Source: Desulfobacterales bacterium (GTDB lineage: Bacteria > Desulfobacterota > Desulfobacteria > Desulfobacterales > UBA2174). Taken from it: a DNA stretch of 64,000 nucleotides. Location of the stretch: assembly GCA_963668645.2 (NCBI GenBank), contig CAXXWC010000008.1, forward strand, positions 110,153 through 174,152, read 5' to 3'. The notes beneath the pieces were generated by a model that was not told where the DNA came from, searched no databases, and saw only the letters and a list, made by a program, of their open reading frames with translations. Both the position numbers and the translations under genes were made by a program. Positions 42,672 to 54,159 of this stretch are shown here, in pieces. How positions within the stretch are numbered: position 1 is the first letter of the stretch; every line of letters begins with the position of its first letter.

Positions 42672-43754
42672 ATGCAATTGACGCATGATTTACGGATTGA
42701 GGCCTACATTCCCCTGATGACGCCCGACCGGCTCAAGGAAATGGTGCCGGTCAGCCGGGCGGCGGCCGCCGCCATCACCTCCGGGCGGGAGGCCATCGGC
42801 CGAATCCTGGACGGCCATGACCCGCGGCTGCTGGTGATCTGCGGCCCGTGTTCGATCCACGACGAGAAGGCGGCCTACGAGTATGCCGAACGGTTGGCGG
42901 CGCTGAGCCACTCGGTCAAAGAGACCCTCCTGATCGTGATGCGGGTCTACTTTGAAAAGCCTCGCACCACCGTCGGCTGGAAGGGCTTGATCAACGATCC
43001 GGTCATGGACGGATCCTGCGACATCGAGGCGGGCCTTTTCAAGGCGCGCCAGATCCTGCTGCGGATCAATGAGATGGGACTTCCCACGGCTACCGAGATG
43101 CTCGAGCCGATCATTCCCCAGTACGTGGCCGGTTTGGTTAGCTGGGCCGCCATCGGGGCTCGCACCACCGAGAGCCAGACCCACCGGGAGATGGCCAGCG
43201 GCCTGTCCATGCCCGTGGGGTTCAAGAACGGCACCGACGGCAGCCTCGACGTGGCGGTCAACGCCATGCTGGCCGCCCGCGCCCCCCAGAGCTTCGTGGG
43301 CATCGATCAGCAGGGGCACACCAGCGTGGTCAAGACTACGGGCAATCCGCGCTGCCATCTGGTGTTGCGCGGCGGCCGGCGGCCCAACTACGACAGCACG
43401 AGCATCGAAGCGGCCCGCATGCAGCTCGTGGCCCACGATCTGCCCCAACAGATCATGGTGGATTGCTCCCATGCCAACTCGATGAAAAAGCACCAGGGCC
43501 AGCCCATCGTGTGGCACAACGTCGTCGAGCAGCGGGTGCACGGTAACGACGCCATCATCGGGCTGATGCTGGAAAGCAACCTGCACGAAGGCCGCCAGAA
43601 CTACAACCCGGATCCGGCCCGGCTGCGCTACGGGGTTTCGCTCACCGACGAGTGCATCTCCTGGCAGACCACCGAGACCCTGCTGCGCTGGGCCCACGAA
43701 AAGCTCCAGCCTGAAATCGAATCCCGGCTAGCAGCCGCCAATCGAGACGTCTGA
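42672..43754 (+). CDS. aroF: DAHP synthase, type I-alpha
   Basis: [38 protein letters not shown]. Confidence 0.95.
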   Translation: MQLTHDLRIEAYIPLMTPDRLKEMVPVSRAAAAAITSGREAIGRILDGHDPRLLVICGPCSIHDEKAAYEYAERLAALSHSVKETLLIVMRVYFEKPRTTVGWKGLINDPVMDGSCDIEAGLFKARQILLRINEMGLPTATEMLEPIIPQYVAGLVSWAAIGARTTESQTHREMASGLSMPVGFKNGTDGSLDVAVNAMLAARAPQSFVGIDQQGHTSVVKTTGNPRCHLVLRGGRRPNYDSTSIEAARMQLVAHDLPQQIMVDCSHANSMKKHQGQPIVWHNVVEQRVHGNDAIIGLMLESNLHEGRQNYNPDPARLRYGVSLTDECISWQTTETLLRWAHEKLQPEIESRLAAANRDV

Positions 43755-43787
43755 AGGGGCCGAACCGCAGGGGATTTGGGGTGAATT

Positions 43788-44828
43788 ATGAAAACGTTTC
43801 ACATCCGAGGCCGGAACGGAACATCGGTCATCGAGGTGGGGCCCGCCCTGGCCGGGATCGGGCGGTGGCTCCCCGTGGCACGCACCGTAATCGTGACCGA
43901 TGGTCCGGTTCGCCGCCTGCACGCAGAACGGCTGCCCGCCTGCCCGGTGATCGAGATCGGTACCGGCGAGTCCGCCAAGACCCTGGAGACCGTGGCGGCC
44001 GTCCACCGGAAACTGCTGGCGCTGGAGGCCGACCGCGGAACATTTTTGCTCGCTGTGGGCGGCGGGCTGGTCTGCGATGTGGGCGGCTTTGCGGCCTCAA
44101 CCTACATGCGTGGGATCCGCTTCGCCCTGGTGGCCACTACTCTCCTGGCCCAGGTGGACGCATCGGTGGGTGGCAAGAACGGGGTCAACCTGGACGGCTA
44201 CAAGAATATTGTCGGTGTTTTCAACCAGCCCGAACGGGTGATCTGCGATCCGAGCCTGCTGGCCACCCTGCCGCCGGCGGCCCTGGGGTGCGGGTTTGCC
44301 GAAATCATCAAACACGCGGCCATCGCAGATACGGATCTGTTCGCTTTTCTGGAAGAGCACCGCACCGCGGCCCTGGCCCTCGACCGGGCGGTGATTACCC
44401 GCCTGGTCTACGATTCGGTGCGCATCAAGGCCGAAATCGTCAATCGCGACGAACGCGAGAGCGGCGAGCGGCGCAAGCTCAACTTCGGCCACACTTTCGG
44501 GCATGCGGTGGAAAAGGTCCTCGCCGTGCCCCACGGCGAAGCGGTCAGCCGCGGCATGGCAGTGGCGGCGCAACTTTCGGTTGCCCGCGGCCGCTTGGAC
44601 CCCGCAGCCTGTGAACGGCTGCTGGCCCTGATCAGGGCCTACGGGCTGCCGGTGGAAATCGGCGGCGACCGGAAGGCTCTTCTCCAGGCCCTGGCCCGCG
44701 ACAAGAAGCGCGAAGGCGGGCAGATCCACTTCGTACTGCTTGACGATCTGGGCCGGGCCGTGGTCGAACCGGTCCCCCTGGACGAACTCGAGGCGGTCCT
44801 GACGGCCGATGCCGGAGCGGCCGGATGA
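43788..44828 (+). CDS. aroB: 3-dehydroquinate synthase
   Basis: GGGLVCD, TTLLAQVDASVGGK, LNFGHTFGHA, HGEAV. Confidence 0.96.
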   Translation: MKTFHIRGRNGTSVIEVGPALAGIGRWLPVARTVIVTDGPVRRLHAERLPACPVIEIGTGESAKTLETVAAVHRKLLALEADRGTFLLAVGGGLVCDVGGFAASTYMRGIRFALVATTLLAQVDASVGGKNGVNLDGYKNIVGVFNQPERVICDPSLLATLPPAALGCGFAEIIKHAAIADTDLFAFLEEHRTAALALDRAVITRLVYDSVRIKAEIVNRDERESGERRKLNFGHTFGHAVEKVLAVPHGEAVSRGMAVAAQLSVARGRLDPAACERLLALIRAYGLPVEIGGDRKALLQALARDKKREGGQIHFVLLDDLGRAVVEPVPLDELEAVLTADAGAAG

Positions 44829-45667
44829 ATTTTTCACGTGTCGATGCCGCCAGCCCGGTCTACTGTGTCCTGGGAAATCCCGTAGGCCACAGCCTCAGCC
44901 CCCTGATGCACAACCGGGCCTTGGCCGCGGTGGCCTTGCCCGGGGTCTATGTCGGGTTTGAGGTGGCGGATGCGGCCGCGGCCGTCAACGCCATCCGGGC
45001 CCTGGGCATCCGGGGGGCCAGCGTGACCATACCGCACAAGGTGGCGGTGATGGCCCATCTGGACCGGATCGACGAGACCGCCCGGGCCATCGGGGCGGTC
45101 AACACCGTGGACAACCGCGACGGGGAACTGGTCGGCTACAACACCGACGGCCAGGGTGCCCTGGACGCTCTTTTGACGGTCACCGAAGTGGCGGGCAGAC
45201 GGGTGGCGCTCATCGGCGCCGGTGGTGCGGCCCGGGCCGTGGCCTGGACCGTGAGCCGGGCCGGCGGGGAGGTCATGATATACAATCGCACCCCGCAGCG
45301 GGCCGCGGACCTGGCCCGGGACCTGGGCCTGGCGTACCGGCCTCTGGCCTATTTGGGGGCCGACCGTTTCGAGATTCTGATCAACACCACTCCGGTGGGT
45401 ATGACGCCGCATCCCGATGCCGTGCCGGTGGATCCGGCGATCCTGAGGCCGCATACAGTGGTGATGGATATCGTCTACAATCCGGTGGAAACCGGCCTGC
45501 TGGCAGCGGCCCGCCGCAGTGGCTGTCTCACGGTGGACGGGGCGGCGATGTTAATGGCCCAGGGGGCCCGGCAGTTCGAACTTTGGACCGGGATCCCGGC
45601 CCCGGCAGCCGTCATGCGCCAGGCCCTGGTGGAGGCCCTTTCCCCGGTTGGGGGCAAGACTGCCTGA
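44825..45667 (+). CDS. aroE: Shikimate dehydrogenase
   Basis: HSLSP, SVTIPHK, GAVNT, NTD, GAGGAA. Confidence 0.96.
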   Translation: MNFSRVDAASPVYCVLGNPVGHSLSPLMHNRALAAVALPGVYVGFEVADAAAAVNAIRALGIRGASVTIPHKVAVMAHLDRIDETARAIGAVNTVDNRDGELVGYNTDGQGALDALLTVTEVAGRRVALIGAGGAARAVAWTVSRAGGEVMIYNRTPQRAADLARDLGLAYRPLAYLGADRFEILINTTPVGMTPHPDAVPVDPAILRPHTVVMDIVYNPVETGLLAAARRSGCLTVDGAAMLMAQGARQFELWTGIPAPAAVMRQALVEALSPVGGKTA

Positions 45668-45734
45668 GGTCCGAAGGTTTGCGTGAAAACGCGTTGCCAG
45701 TCCATGGATAGTAAACGTTGAAGGTTTTTCGGCC

Positions 45735-46997
45735 GTGAAACATATCCAACCCCACACGATCACCGACGGCACCGTATCCGTCCCCGGCTCCAAGAGCTAC
45801 ACCCACCGGGCCCTGATCGCCGCGGCCCTCTGCGGCGGTCCCTGCCAGGTGGAAGGGATGCTCGACAGCGAGGATACCCGCATTACCCTGGCGGCCCTGG
45901 AACAGATGGGCGTGCGCACCGAGGCCCGGGGGCGCCATCTGTTGGTGCACGGCCGGGCCGGGCGCCTTGGCCCCGCTGCGGCGCCCATCGAAATGGGCAA
46001 TTCGGGCACCTCGACGCGCCTGCTGGCTGCCGTGGCCGCCCTGGGCCAGGGCCGTTACGTACTCCAGGGCTCGGCGCGCATGGCCCAGCGGCCCATCGGC
46101 GACCTGCTCGAGGCCCTGAACCAGATGGGAATCGGAGCGCGCAGCGTCAATGGCAACGGGTGCCCGCCGGTGGAAATCGAAGGCGGGCGGGCCGAGGGGG
46201 GCCGGGTGACCATCGACTGCCACCTCTCGAGCCAGTTTCTTTCGGCCATTTTGCTCATCGCCCCCTGCTGCAGGAGCGATGTGACCATCGAAGTGGTGCG
46301 CGGACCGGTTTCGCGGCCCTACGTGGATCTGACCTGCGCCGTGATGCGCCGCTGCGGGATCCGCTTCGAGCGCAGGGACTATACCCATTTTCGAATTCCC
46401 GGGGGCCAGGTCTACCGGACCGATCTGCTCAAGGTGGAACCGGATTGCTCCCAGGCGAGCTATTTCTGGGCCGCGGCGGCCGTAGCCGGGGGACGGGTCA
46501 AGGTCGCCGGGATCGGCCCCGGGAGCCTCCAGGGCGATTTGGGATTTGTGCGGGTGCTCGAGCAGATGGGCTGCCGGCTCCAGTGGGCGCCCGACGGGGT
46601 CGCCGTGGCCGGCGGCGAACTGAAAGGCGTAGCGGTGGATATGGCCGACATGCCCGATGTGGCGCCGACCCTGGCCGTGGTGGCGGCCTTTGCCCGGGGG
46701 GCCACCACCATCGGCGGGGTGGGCCATCTGAGGGAAAAAGAGAGCGACCGGATCGGTGCCGTGGCCGGCGAACTATGCCGCATGGGCGTTCACGTCGAGA
46801 CCGGCGCCGACTGGATACGGATCTACGGTGGCCGGCCCCACGGGGCCGAGATCCAGACCTACGACGACCACCGCATCGCCATGAGCTTTGCCGTGGCCGG
46901 CCTGCGGGTGCCGGGAATTACGATCCTGCGGCCCGAAGTGGTGGGGAAATCGTTTCCCGATTTCTGGGACGTATTTGATCAGCTGTATACGCTGTGA
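45735..46997 (+). CDS. aroA: EPSP synthase
   Basis: PGSKS, GNSGT, SSQF, KESDR, DDHRIAM. Confidence 0.96.
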   Translation: MKHIQPHTITDGTVSVPGSKSYTHRALIAAALCGGPCQVEGMLDSEDTRITLAALEQMGVRTEARGRHLLVHGRAGRLGPAAAPIEMGNSGTSTRLLAAVAALGQGRYVLQGSARMAQRPIGDLLEALNQMGIGARSVNGNGCPPVEIEGGRAEGGRVTIDCHLSSQFLSAILLIAPCCRSDVTIEVVRGPVSRPYVDLTCAVMRRCGIRFERRDYTHFRIPGGQVYRTDLLKVEPDCSQASYFWAAAAVAGGRVKVAGIGPGSLQGDLGFVRVLEQMGCRLQWAPDGVAVAGGELKGVAVDMADMPDVAPTLAVVAAFARGATTIGGVGHLREKESDRIGAVAGELCRMGVHVETGADWIRIYGGRPHGAEIQTYDDHRIAMSFAVAGLRVPGITILRPEVVGKSFPDFWDVFDQLYTL

Positions 46998-47017
46998 GTA
47001 ATGAATGGATCGGTCCG

Positions 47018-47542
47018 ATGAAAAGAGCCAACATCATCCTGACCGGCTTCATGGGCACGGGCAAGACCACGGTGGGCAAGCTTCTGGCCCGGCAGATGGA
47101 CTATGATTTCGTCGACACCGACGAGCTGATCGAGGCGCGCCAGGGGTGCAGCGTCGCGGAAATCTTCCACACCCGGGGTGAAGCGGCGTTCAGGGCCCTG
47201 GAGGCCGAAGTGGCCAGGGAACTGGCCGGGCGCGAGGGGCTGGTGATCGCCACCGGCGGGCGCCTGATGCTCGACCGGGATAACGCTGAAACCCTGGGAC
47301 GTACGGGCCGGATCTTCTGCCTGCACGCGGGCCCGGAAGAGATTCTGGCACGGGTGAGCCGCGACGGGGGCCCCTGCCGCCCGCTGCTGGAAGGGGCGGA
47401 TCCGCTGGACGCCATCCGGTCTTTGCTGGCGCAAAGGGCGCAGGGGTACGCCCGCTTCGAGAAGATCGAGACCACCGGTCGGACTCCCGGGGCGGTGGTG
47501 CAAGATTTGTCGGCCGCTTTAGGGCGGCTCGATGCTGAATAG
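47018..47542 (+). CDS. aroK: Shikimate kinase
   Basis: GFMGTGKTT, GEAAFR, ATGG, RPLL. Confidence 0.95.
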   Translation: MKRANIILTGFMGTGKTTVGKLLARQMDYDFVDTDELIEARQGCSVAEIFHTRGEAAFRALEAEVARELAGREGLVIATGGRLMLDRDNAETLGRTGRIFCLHAGPEEILARVSRDGGPCRPLLEGADPLDAIRSLLAQRAQGYARFEKIETTGRTPGAVVQDLSAALGRLDAE

Positions 47543-48307
47543 ACCTAACGCCTGCCAGGCGGCGCGCAGTTCATCGATATGGATCTGACCCGGGGCCGAG
47601 GAGCGGCAGCCGGCGGCAAAAGTCACGTCGGCGCCGAAAAGGCCGCCGATGACGCGCGAAAGAACGCCTTCAGATCCCATGGCGATGGGGATCAGGGGGG
47701 TGGCCGGAATTCGGTTTCGGCAAATCCGGCTGGCTTGCAGCAGGGTCAGGACGTCATTCGGGTTTCGCGCCATGACCGCTGTTTTGGCCACGTCGGCGCC
47801 CAGGGTCCGGGCCTCGGCCAGCCGGGCGACGATGGTATCCGCATCCGGGGTCGACGCAAAGTCGTGGGATGAGAGGATCAGCTTGACGCCCCGGGGCCGG
47901 CATGCGTCTTTCAGGGCGGTGACCATCGGTTCGGGGTTGGCCAGCTCGGCATCCACAAGGTCGATGCGGCCCGAGGTGACCGCCGCCAGGTCGATGGCCA
48001 GCCGCGCTTCGGCGCTGATGGATTGCAGCCCCCCCTCGGCCTGGCGCCGGCAGGTAAAGATCAGGGGCAGATCCCCGATCACCCGGCGCAGGGCTTCGAG
48101 AACGACCGGCAGCGCTTCGGGTGCCGGAAGTGGCGTGAAACCGTCGATGCGCCATTCCAGCAGATCCGGTCCAAGGGCGACGGCCTGGCGGGCTTGGTCG
48201 AGCAGATCCGTCTGGCCGGTGGCCACCAGGGGCAGGCAGATCAGGGGCCTGCTTCCCCCGATGGCGCGGCGGCGGATGATGAGCGGTGGCTGACACGGGA
48301 TGCGCAT
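47519..48307 (-). CDS. aroD: Type I 3-dehydroquinate dehydratase
   Basis: EWRID, FTCR..EGG, SSHDF, AKTA, AMG..G..SR, APGQ. Confidence 0.93.
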   Translation of the reverse strand: MRIPCQPPLIIRRRAIGGSRPLICLPLVATGQTDLLDQARQAVALGPDLLEWRIDGFTPLPAPEALPVVLEALRRVIGDLPLIFTCRRQAEGGLQSISAEARLAIDLAAVTSGRIDLVDAELANPEPMVTALKDACRPRGVKLILSSHDFASTPDADTIVARLAEARTLGADVAKTAVMARNPNDVLTLLQASRICRNRIPATPLIPIAMGSEGVLSRVIGGLFGADVTFAAGCRSSAPGQIHIDELRAAWQALGLFSIEPP

Positions 48308-48492
48308 GGCAGCTTTCGGTCAAAAATTTGAATGTGCCATGCCAGGCCAGCGACAAGCAGTCTTTACCTTTGGCGAGTGTTTGGTCTATCGTCTGGGTAA
48401 AGACCTGCGCGGCTCACCTCGGGCGGCACTCCAAGCGTTTTTAGGCTGATTCAGGTCTTTTTTTTCGTAGATTTTGCACCTAGGAGACGATC

Positions 48493-49575
48493 ATGTCCAG
48501 CAGTTTCGGCACCCTGTTCAAGGTAACCACCTTCGGCGAGTCCCACGGCCGGGCCGTGGGAGCAGTTCTCGACGGGTGTCCGGCCGGCCTCTTTCTTGGC
48601 GAAGGCGACATCCAGGCCCAGCTCGACCGGCGCCGGCCGGGCCAGAGCGCCCTGAGCACCGAACGCGCCGAAGCCGACCGGGTGGCAATCCTCTCGGGGG
48701 TCGAGGGGGGCCGGACCCTGGGCACCCCTATCCTCATGCAGGTGGCCAACAGCGACCAGCGCCCAGGCGACTACGCGGCCATGGAGGCTGTTCCGCGGCC
48801 TTCGCATGCCGACTTCACCTATGCGGCCAAGTACGGGGTCCGTGCCCGCAGCGGCGGGGGCCGGGCCAGCGCCCGGGAGACCATCGGCCGGGTGGCGGCC
48901 GGCGCGGTGGCCCAAAAATGGCTGGGTGAAACTTTTGGCATCGAAATCGTGGCATGGGTTGCAGCCGTGGGCGAAATTGAGGCTCCGGCGCCGGATGCCA
49001 GGGCGCTGACCCGCACGGCGGTGGATGCCAATCCGGTGCGCTGCCCGGATCCGCCCGCAGCCGAAGCCATGGCCCAACTGATCCAGACCGTGCGCGAGGC
49101 CCGCGACTCGGTGGGCGGGGTGGTGGCCTGCGTCTGCCGCGGGGTGCCGCCTGGGCTGGGCGAGCCGATCTTCGACAAGTTCGAGGCCCTGCTGGCCCAC
49201 GCCATGCTTTCGATTCCGGCCAGCAAGGGGTTCGAGGTCGGCTTGGGATTCGGTGCGGCGCGCATGCGCGGCAGCCGGCACAACGACCCTTTCGTCTTTC
49301 AAGATGGCCGCCTGGCCACGGCCACCAACCACAGCGGCGGGATCCAGGGAGGGATCAGCAACGGGGAGGCGATTCTTTTCCGGGTGGCCTTCAAGCCGCC
49401 GGCCACCATCGGCCTGCCCCAGGCCACGGTCGATTTCCAGGGGCGGCCGGTCACCCTGGAAGCCCGGGGGCGCCACGATCCGTGCATCGTGCCCCGGGCC
49501 GTGCCCATCGTTGAGGCCATGGCGGCCCTGGTGACCGCCGACCTCATGCTGCGCCAGAACGCGAGGCGCCCATGA
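48493..49575 (+). CDS. aroC: Chorismate synthase
   Basis: FGESHG, RPSHAD, RASARET, GRHDPC. Confidence 0.97.
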   Translation: MSSSFGTLFKVTTFGESHGRAVGAVLDGCPAGLFLGEGDIQAQLDRRRPGQSALSTERAEADRVAILSGVEGGRTLGTPILMQVANSDQRPGDYAAMEAVPRPSHADFTYAAKYGVRARSGGGRASARETIGRVAAGAVAQKWLGETFGIEIVAWVAAVGEIEAPAPDARALTRTAVDANPVRCPDPPAAEAMAQLIQTVREARDSVGGVVACVCRGVPPGLGEPIFDKFEALLAHAMLSIPASKGFEVGLGFGAARMRGSRHNDPFVFQDGRLATATNHSGGIQGGISNGEAILFRVAFKPPATIGLPQATVDFQGRPVTLEARGRHDPCIVPRAVPIVEAMAALVTADLMLRQNARRP

Positions 49576-50708
49576 AACCGGCGGCGCGTCTCAGCCGCCT
49601 GGCCGGATCGGCCACGGCGGACTTCATCCCCCGGATGCGGCGCCTTGCGGCCCAAGGGCGCGACGTGATCAACCTGGCCATCGGCGAACCCGAGTATTCC
49701 ATGCCGCCGGCTATCGTGGCGGCCATGAATCGGGCCCTGGCCGAGGGTAAAACGCGCTACGACGCCGTGGCCGGGCTGGCGGCCCTGCGCCGGGGCCTGG
49801 CCCGCGGCTTCGAAGGGCTCGGCGAAGACCGGATCCTGATCACCAACGGGGCCAAGCAGGCTCTCTATTCCATTTTCCAGACGATCTGCGACCCGGGTGA
49901 CCGGGTGATCATTCCCAGCCCCTGCTGGGTCAGCTTCGCCGCCCAGGTGGAACTGGCCGGGGCCCTCCCGGTCCTGGTGCCCTGCCGTGCCGATCACCAG
50001 CTTGATCTGGCCGCCATCCGGGCCGCGGCGGCAGCGCCTTCCACCCGGGCCGTGCTGATCAACAGCCCCAACAACCCCACCGGAGCGGTTTACGCCCGCA
50101 GCGACCTCGAAGCCCTGGCCGAACTGGCGCTGGAAAAAGACCTTTTCCTGGTCTCCGACGAGGCCTACCAGGATTTCGTTTACGACGGCGGCGCGCCTTT
50201 CAGCATGTGGGAGCTTTCCGCAGTGCGCGACCGCCTTCTGGTGGTGCGCAGCTTTTCCAAGGCGGCCGCCATGACCGGTCTGCGGGTGGGCTACGTGGCC
50301 GGTCCGTCCGGAATCATGGCCGCCCTGGTGCGGCTCCAGAGCCATCTTTGCGGCAACGTCTGCACCCCGGCCCAATACGGGGCCCTGGCGGCCCTCGAAG
50401 CGGCCGACTGGTTGGAGGCCTGGCAGGCGGATCTTACCCGCCTGCGGGACCTGGCGCTTGAGCGCTGTGCCGGGCTTTTCGACTGCGTCCAGCCGCGGGG
50501 CGCCTTTTACCTTTTTCCCGATGTATCGCGCCGCCTGGCGCCCGGCCAGAGCAGTGCGGCCCTGGCCATGGATCTGCTCGAACGCAGTGCGGTGGCCATG
50601 GTGCCCGGAGAAGCCTTCGGTGCCCCGGGCCATCTTCGCATCAGCTATGCCGTGGCGTCGGATCGGCTGGCGGAGGCTTTCGAGCGGCTGGAAAGGGTCC
50701 TTCTATGA
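49572..50708 (+). CDS. Class I PLP aminotransferase (aspartate/prephenate aminotransferase-like)
   Basis: [33 protein letters not shown]. Confidence 0.9.
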   Translation: MKPAARLSRLAGSATADFIPRMRRLAAQGRDVINLAIGEPEYSMPPAIVAAMNRALAEGKTRYDAVAGLAALRRGLARGFEGLGEDRILITNGAKQALYSIFQTICDPGDRVIIPSPCWVSFAAQVELAGALPVLVPCRADHQLDLAAIRAAAAAPSTRAVLINSPNNPTGAVYARSDLEALAELALEKDLFLVSDEAYQDFVYDGGAPFSMWELSAVRDRLLVVRSFSKAAAMTGLRVGYVAGPSGIMAALVRLQSHLCGNVCTPAQYGALAALEAADWLEAWQADLTRLRDLALERCAGLFDCVQPRGAFYLFPDVSRRLAPGQSSAALAMDLLERSAVAMVPGEAFGAPGHLRISYAVASDRLAEAFERLERVLL

Positions 50709-51442
50709 TCGGCATTATCGGCTTCGGCCGGTTCGGGGCCCTGGCGGCCCGCTACCTGACCCAGGATTTTCCCGTCACGGTTCTCGACAGCGGGAAGCGG
50801 GCCGCTGCCATCCGGGCCGTGGGGGCGGCCCCGGGCGATCTGGGAGCGGTATGCGCCCAGCGCGTCGTACTGCTCTGCGTGCCGATTTCGGCCATGCGGG
50901 ATCATATCGCGCGTATCGCCCCTTTGCTGGCTCCGGAAACATTGGTGGTGGACGTCTGTTCGGTCAAGGTCCATCCGGTGGGCTGGATGGCCGCCGGACT
51001 GCCGCAGCACGTCGAAATCCTGGCCACCCATCCGATGTTCGGTCCCGACTCGGCGGCCGATTCCCTTTCCGGGCGCAAGATCGTTTTGTGTCCGGAAAGG
51101 ATCGATGCGGCGCGCTACCAGAGGATCCGGCACTATCTCGAAGAACGCGGCCTCGTACTGATCGAGACCAGTGCCGCCGAACATGACCGCCAGATCGCCG
51201 TCAGCCTGGCCCTGACCCATTTCATCGGCCGCTCCCTGGCGGCCTTCGGCGCCGGGCCCCTGGAGATCGACACCGAGGGGTACCGCCGGCTGCTGCACAT
51301 TCTCGGGGTGGTGGGGCACGACACCTGGCAGCTTTTCGAGGACATGAACCGCTACAACCCCTATGCCGCGGATCAGCGCCAGGCGTTCAGCCGGGCCATG
51401 GATGAGATCGAAGCCCGCCTTGGGCGTGCCGAGGAGGCATGA
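50705..51442 (+). CDS. tyrA: Prephenate/arogenate dehydrogenase
   Basis: IGFGRFG, DVCSVK, THPMFGP, EHD. Confidence 0.88.
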   Translation: MIGIIGFGRFGALAARYLTQDFPVTVLDSGKRAAAIRAVGAAPGDLGAVCAQRVVLLCVPISAMRDHIARIAPLLAPETLVVDVCSVKVHPVGWMAAGLPQHVEILATHPMFGPDSAADSLSGRKIVLCPERIDAARYQRIRHYLEERGLVLIETSAAEHDRQIAVSLALTHFIGRSLAAFGAGPLEIDTEGYRRLLHILGVVGHDTWQLFEDMNRYNPYAADQRQAFSRAMDEIEARLGRAEEA

Positions 51443-51576
51443 CAGCGCCAAACGGCGAGAAGCGTCGATGACAAACAATAACCACGCCTATGGGTTTTAT
51501 CTGCCGGGGAGCCCGAGGACCGATTGCACCGGACCACCCACCGGCCGGTTATTCCCGGCAAACAGCCAAAGGCACC

Positions 51577-51972
51577 ATGGACCAAAACATTTCGACAAGC
51601 TTGCCGGAGCCGGACCTGACCGCCCTTCAGGTGCGCATCGATGCCTGGGTGCGCACCTACGGGGTACGCTATTTTTCCGAATTGACCAACACGGCGGTAC
51701 TGATGGAGGAGGTGGGCGAGCTGGCACGCATCATGGCCCGGCGCTATGGGGACCAGAGCCTCAAGCGCAGCGAAGAGGCCGGTGATCTGGCCGACGAGCT
51801 GGCCGACGTACTTTTCGTGCTGGTGTGCATCGCCAACCAGACCGGGGTGGACCTGACCGAGGCACTCAAGCGCAACCTGGCAAAGAAGACCCTGCGCGAC
51901 GCCGAGCGGCACCGCAAGAACCCGAAATTACGCCTCCCCAGCGGCAGGAAAGAATCCGATCCCGCATGCTGA
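51577..51972 (+). CDS. MazG-like nucleotide pyrophosphohydrolase
   Basis: EEVGELAR, DELAD, ANQTG. Confidence 0.9.
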   Translation: MDQNISTSLPEPDLTALQVRIDAWVRTYGVRYFSELTNTAVLMEEVGELARIMARRYGDQSLKRSEEAGDLADELADVLFVLVCIANQTGVDLTEALKRNLAKKTLRDAERHRKNPKLRLPSGRKESDPAC

Positions 51973-52598
51973 CCCTGCCTGGCATTTTCGTGACCTCTTT
52001 TTTGGTGGCGCTCTCCGGGGCCCTGATGCCCGGGCCGCTTTTCACCGTCACTGTCAGCGAGAGTTCGCTGCGCGGTGCCGGTGCCGGCCCCCTGCTGATC
52101 CTCGGCCACGGGATCCTCGAGCTGGCCCTGGTGGCAGCCCTGATGCTGGGGGTGGGGCCTCTGCTCAAAAAAGAGCCGGTCTTTATCGTAACGGCCCTGG
52201 CCGGCAGCGGGGTGCTGGTCTGGATGGCTTACGGAATGCTGCACGGCCTGCCCGGCTTGAGCCTGGCGGCGGTCCCGGTCCGGCGGGCCGGGGGGAACCT
52301 GGTTTTTTCCGGAATCGTACTCAGCCTGGTCAATCCCTACTGGACCATCTGGTGGGTTTCCATCGGTCTGGGCTACATCAGCCACAGTCTGAAGCTGGGC
52401 GTCTGGGGGGTGGCGGCCTTTTTTGCCGGCCACATCCTGGCCGATCTGGCTTGGTACAGCGCCGTTTCCATGGCGGTCTGGAAAGGCAAACGCTTTATGA
52501 GCGACCGCTTCTACCGGGGACTGATCGGGGCTTGCGCCGTTTTTCTCATCGTTTTCGCCGGTCTTTTCGGTTGGGCCGGTGTGCAGCGGTTGCTTTGA
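51966..52598 (+). CDS. LysE family transporter
   Basis: SGALMPGP, GHGILE, NPYW. Confidence 0.9.
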   Translation: MLTLPGIFVTSFLVALSGALMPGPLFTVTVSESSLRGAGAGPLLILGHGILELALVAALMLGVGPLLKKEPVFIVTALAGSGVLVWMAYGMLHGLPGLSLAAVPVRRAGGNLVFSGIVLSLVNPYWTIWWVSIGLGYISHSLKLGVWGVAAFFAGHILADLAWYSAVSMAVWKGKRFMSDRFYRGLIGACAVFLIVFAGLFGWAGVQRLL

Positions 52599-52629
52599 TC
52601 TTGGACGGCGTTCAAAAAAGGTAAAATGA

Positions 52630-54159
52630 ATGGAGAATTTCGCCGAGTACGGAAACTATGACGCGTTAGGCCTGGCCGAACTGGTGCGCAGCCGGCAGGT
52701 GTCGCCGCTGGAGCTTTGCGAGGCGGCCCTGGACCGGATCGACCGGACCGATCCGATCCTCAACGCCGTGGTCTGTCGCATGGACGACGTGGCCCGGCGC
52801 CGGGCCGCGAGGCCGGCCGATGGCCCTTTCAAGGGGGTGCCGTTTTTGCTCAAGGATCTGAATTTCGCCGACCGCGGCATTGCCATGACCAACGGCTGCC
52901 GGGCCTTGAGAAGTTACAAGCCGGACTACGAAGGCGAGATGGTGGTGCGTTTCAAGCGGGCCGGGCTGGTGGTGGCGGGCCGCACCAACGCACCCGAATT
53001 CGGACTGATGGGTGTTACCGAACCGGCGCTTTTCGGCCCCTGCCGCAATCCCTGGAATCCGGACTTTTCACCGGGCGGCTCTTCGGGGGGCTCGGCGGCG
53101 GCCGTGGCGGCCGGCATGGTGCCGATGGCCTCGGCCGGCGACGGGGGCGGTTCGATCCGGATTCCGGCCTCCTACTGCGGCCTTTTCGGCCTGAAACCCT
53201 CCCACGGGCGCAATCCCAACGGCCCCGGTCCTGCCCGCAACTGGCAAGGGGCGGTGCAGCCCCATGTCATCACCCGCTCGGTGCGCGACAGCGCCGCGGC
53301 CCTGGACGCCACCGCCGGTCCGGACACCGGCGCCCCATACGAGATCCGCCCGCCGGTGCGGCCCTACCTGCAGGAGGTGGGGGCCGATCCGGGCCGGATC
53401 AAGATCGCCTTTAACTGCCGTTCACCCATCGGCACACCGGTTCATCCCGATTGCGTCAGGGCCGTGGAGGATGCGGCCCGACTCCTGGACGATCTGGGCC
53501 ACTATGTTCAGGAAGCCGCACCGGCGGTGGACGGCAAGGCCGTGGCGGAAAGTTACGTGACCATGTATTTTGGCGAGGTGGCGGCCGATATCCGGGAGCT
53601 GCGTGCACTGATCGGCCGCAAGGTCCGGCGGCGCGACGTGGAGGACGTAACCTGGCTGCTCGGGCTGCTCGGGCGCACCCTGACGGCCGGCGATTTCGTC
53701 GAGGCCATGCGCCGCTGGGACCTCGAGGCGCGCAACATGGGCCGCTTCTTCGAGGACTTTGATTTTTACCTGACCCCTACCACGGCCCAGCCGCCCGCCG
53801 CCATCGGCGCACTGGCGCCCCGCTGGTTCGAAACCCCGATGATCAAGACGGTCAACCGCTGCGGCCTCGGAGGGCTGCTTAAACGCGTGGGGATGGTTGA
53901 GCGGATGGTGACCCGCAGCCTGGAGCGTACTCCGTTCACCCAGGTGGCCAATATCTGCGGCCTGCCGGCCATGAGCGTGCCCCTTTACTGGAATGAGGCC
54001 GGGATGCCCTGCGGGGTGCAGTTCATCGGGTCCTTCGGCGCCGAGGACCGCCTCCTGCGGCTGGCGGCCCAGCTCGAACAGGCCAGGCCGTGGTTTAACC
54101 GCCGGCCGCCGGTTCTGGATCAGAGCGTACGCCGGTCGAAGCGCCTGTTTTTGAAATGA
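52630..54159 (+). CDS. Amidase signature family enzyme
   Basis: KD, GGSSGGS, DGGGSIRIP. Confidence 0.95.
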   Translation: MENFAEYGNYDALGLAELVRSRQVSPLELCEAALDRIDRTDPILNAVVCRMDDVARRRAARPADGPFKGVPFLLKDLNFADRGIAMTNGCRALRSYKPDYEGEMVVRFKRAGLVVAGRTNAPEFGLMGVTEPALFGPCRNPWNPDFSPGGSSGGSAAAVAAGMVPMASAGDGGGSIRIPASYCGLFGLKPSHGRNPNGPGPARNWQGAVQPHVITRSVRDSAAALDATAGPDTGAPYEIRPPVRPYLQEVGADPGRIKIAFNCRSPIGTPVHPDCVRAVEDAARLLDDLGHYVQEAAPAVDGKAVAESYVTMYFGEVAADIRELRALIGRKVRRRDVEDVTWLLGLLGRTLTAGDFVEAMRRWDLEARNMGRFFEDFDFYLTPTTAQPPAAIGALAPRWFETPMIKTVNRCGLGGLLKRVGMVERMVTRSLERTPFTQVANICGLPAMSVPLYWNEAGMPCGVQFIGSFGAEDRLLRLAAQLEQARPWFNRRPPVLDQSVRRSKRLFLK

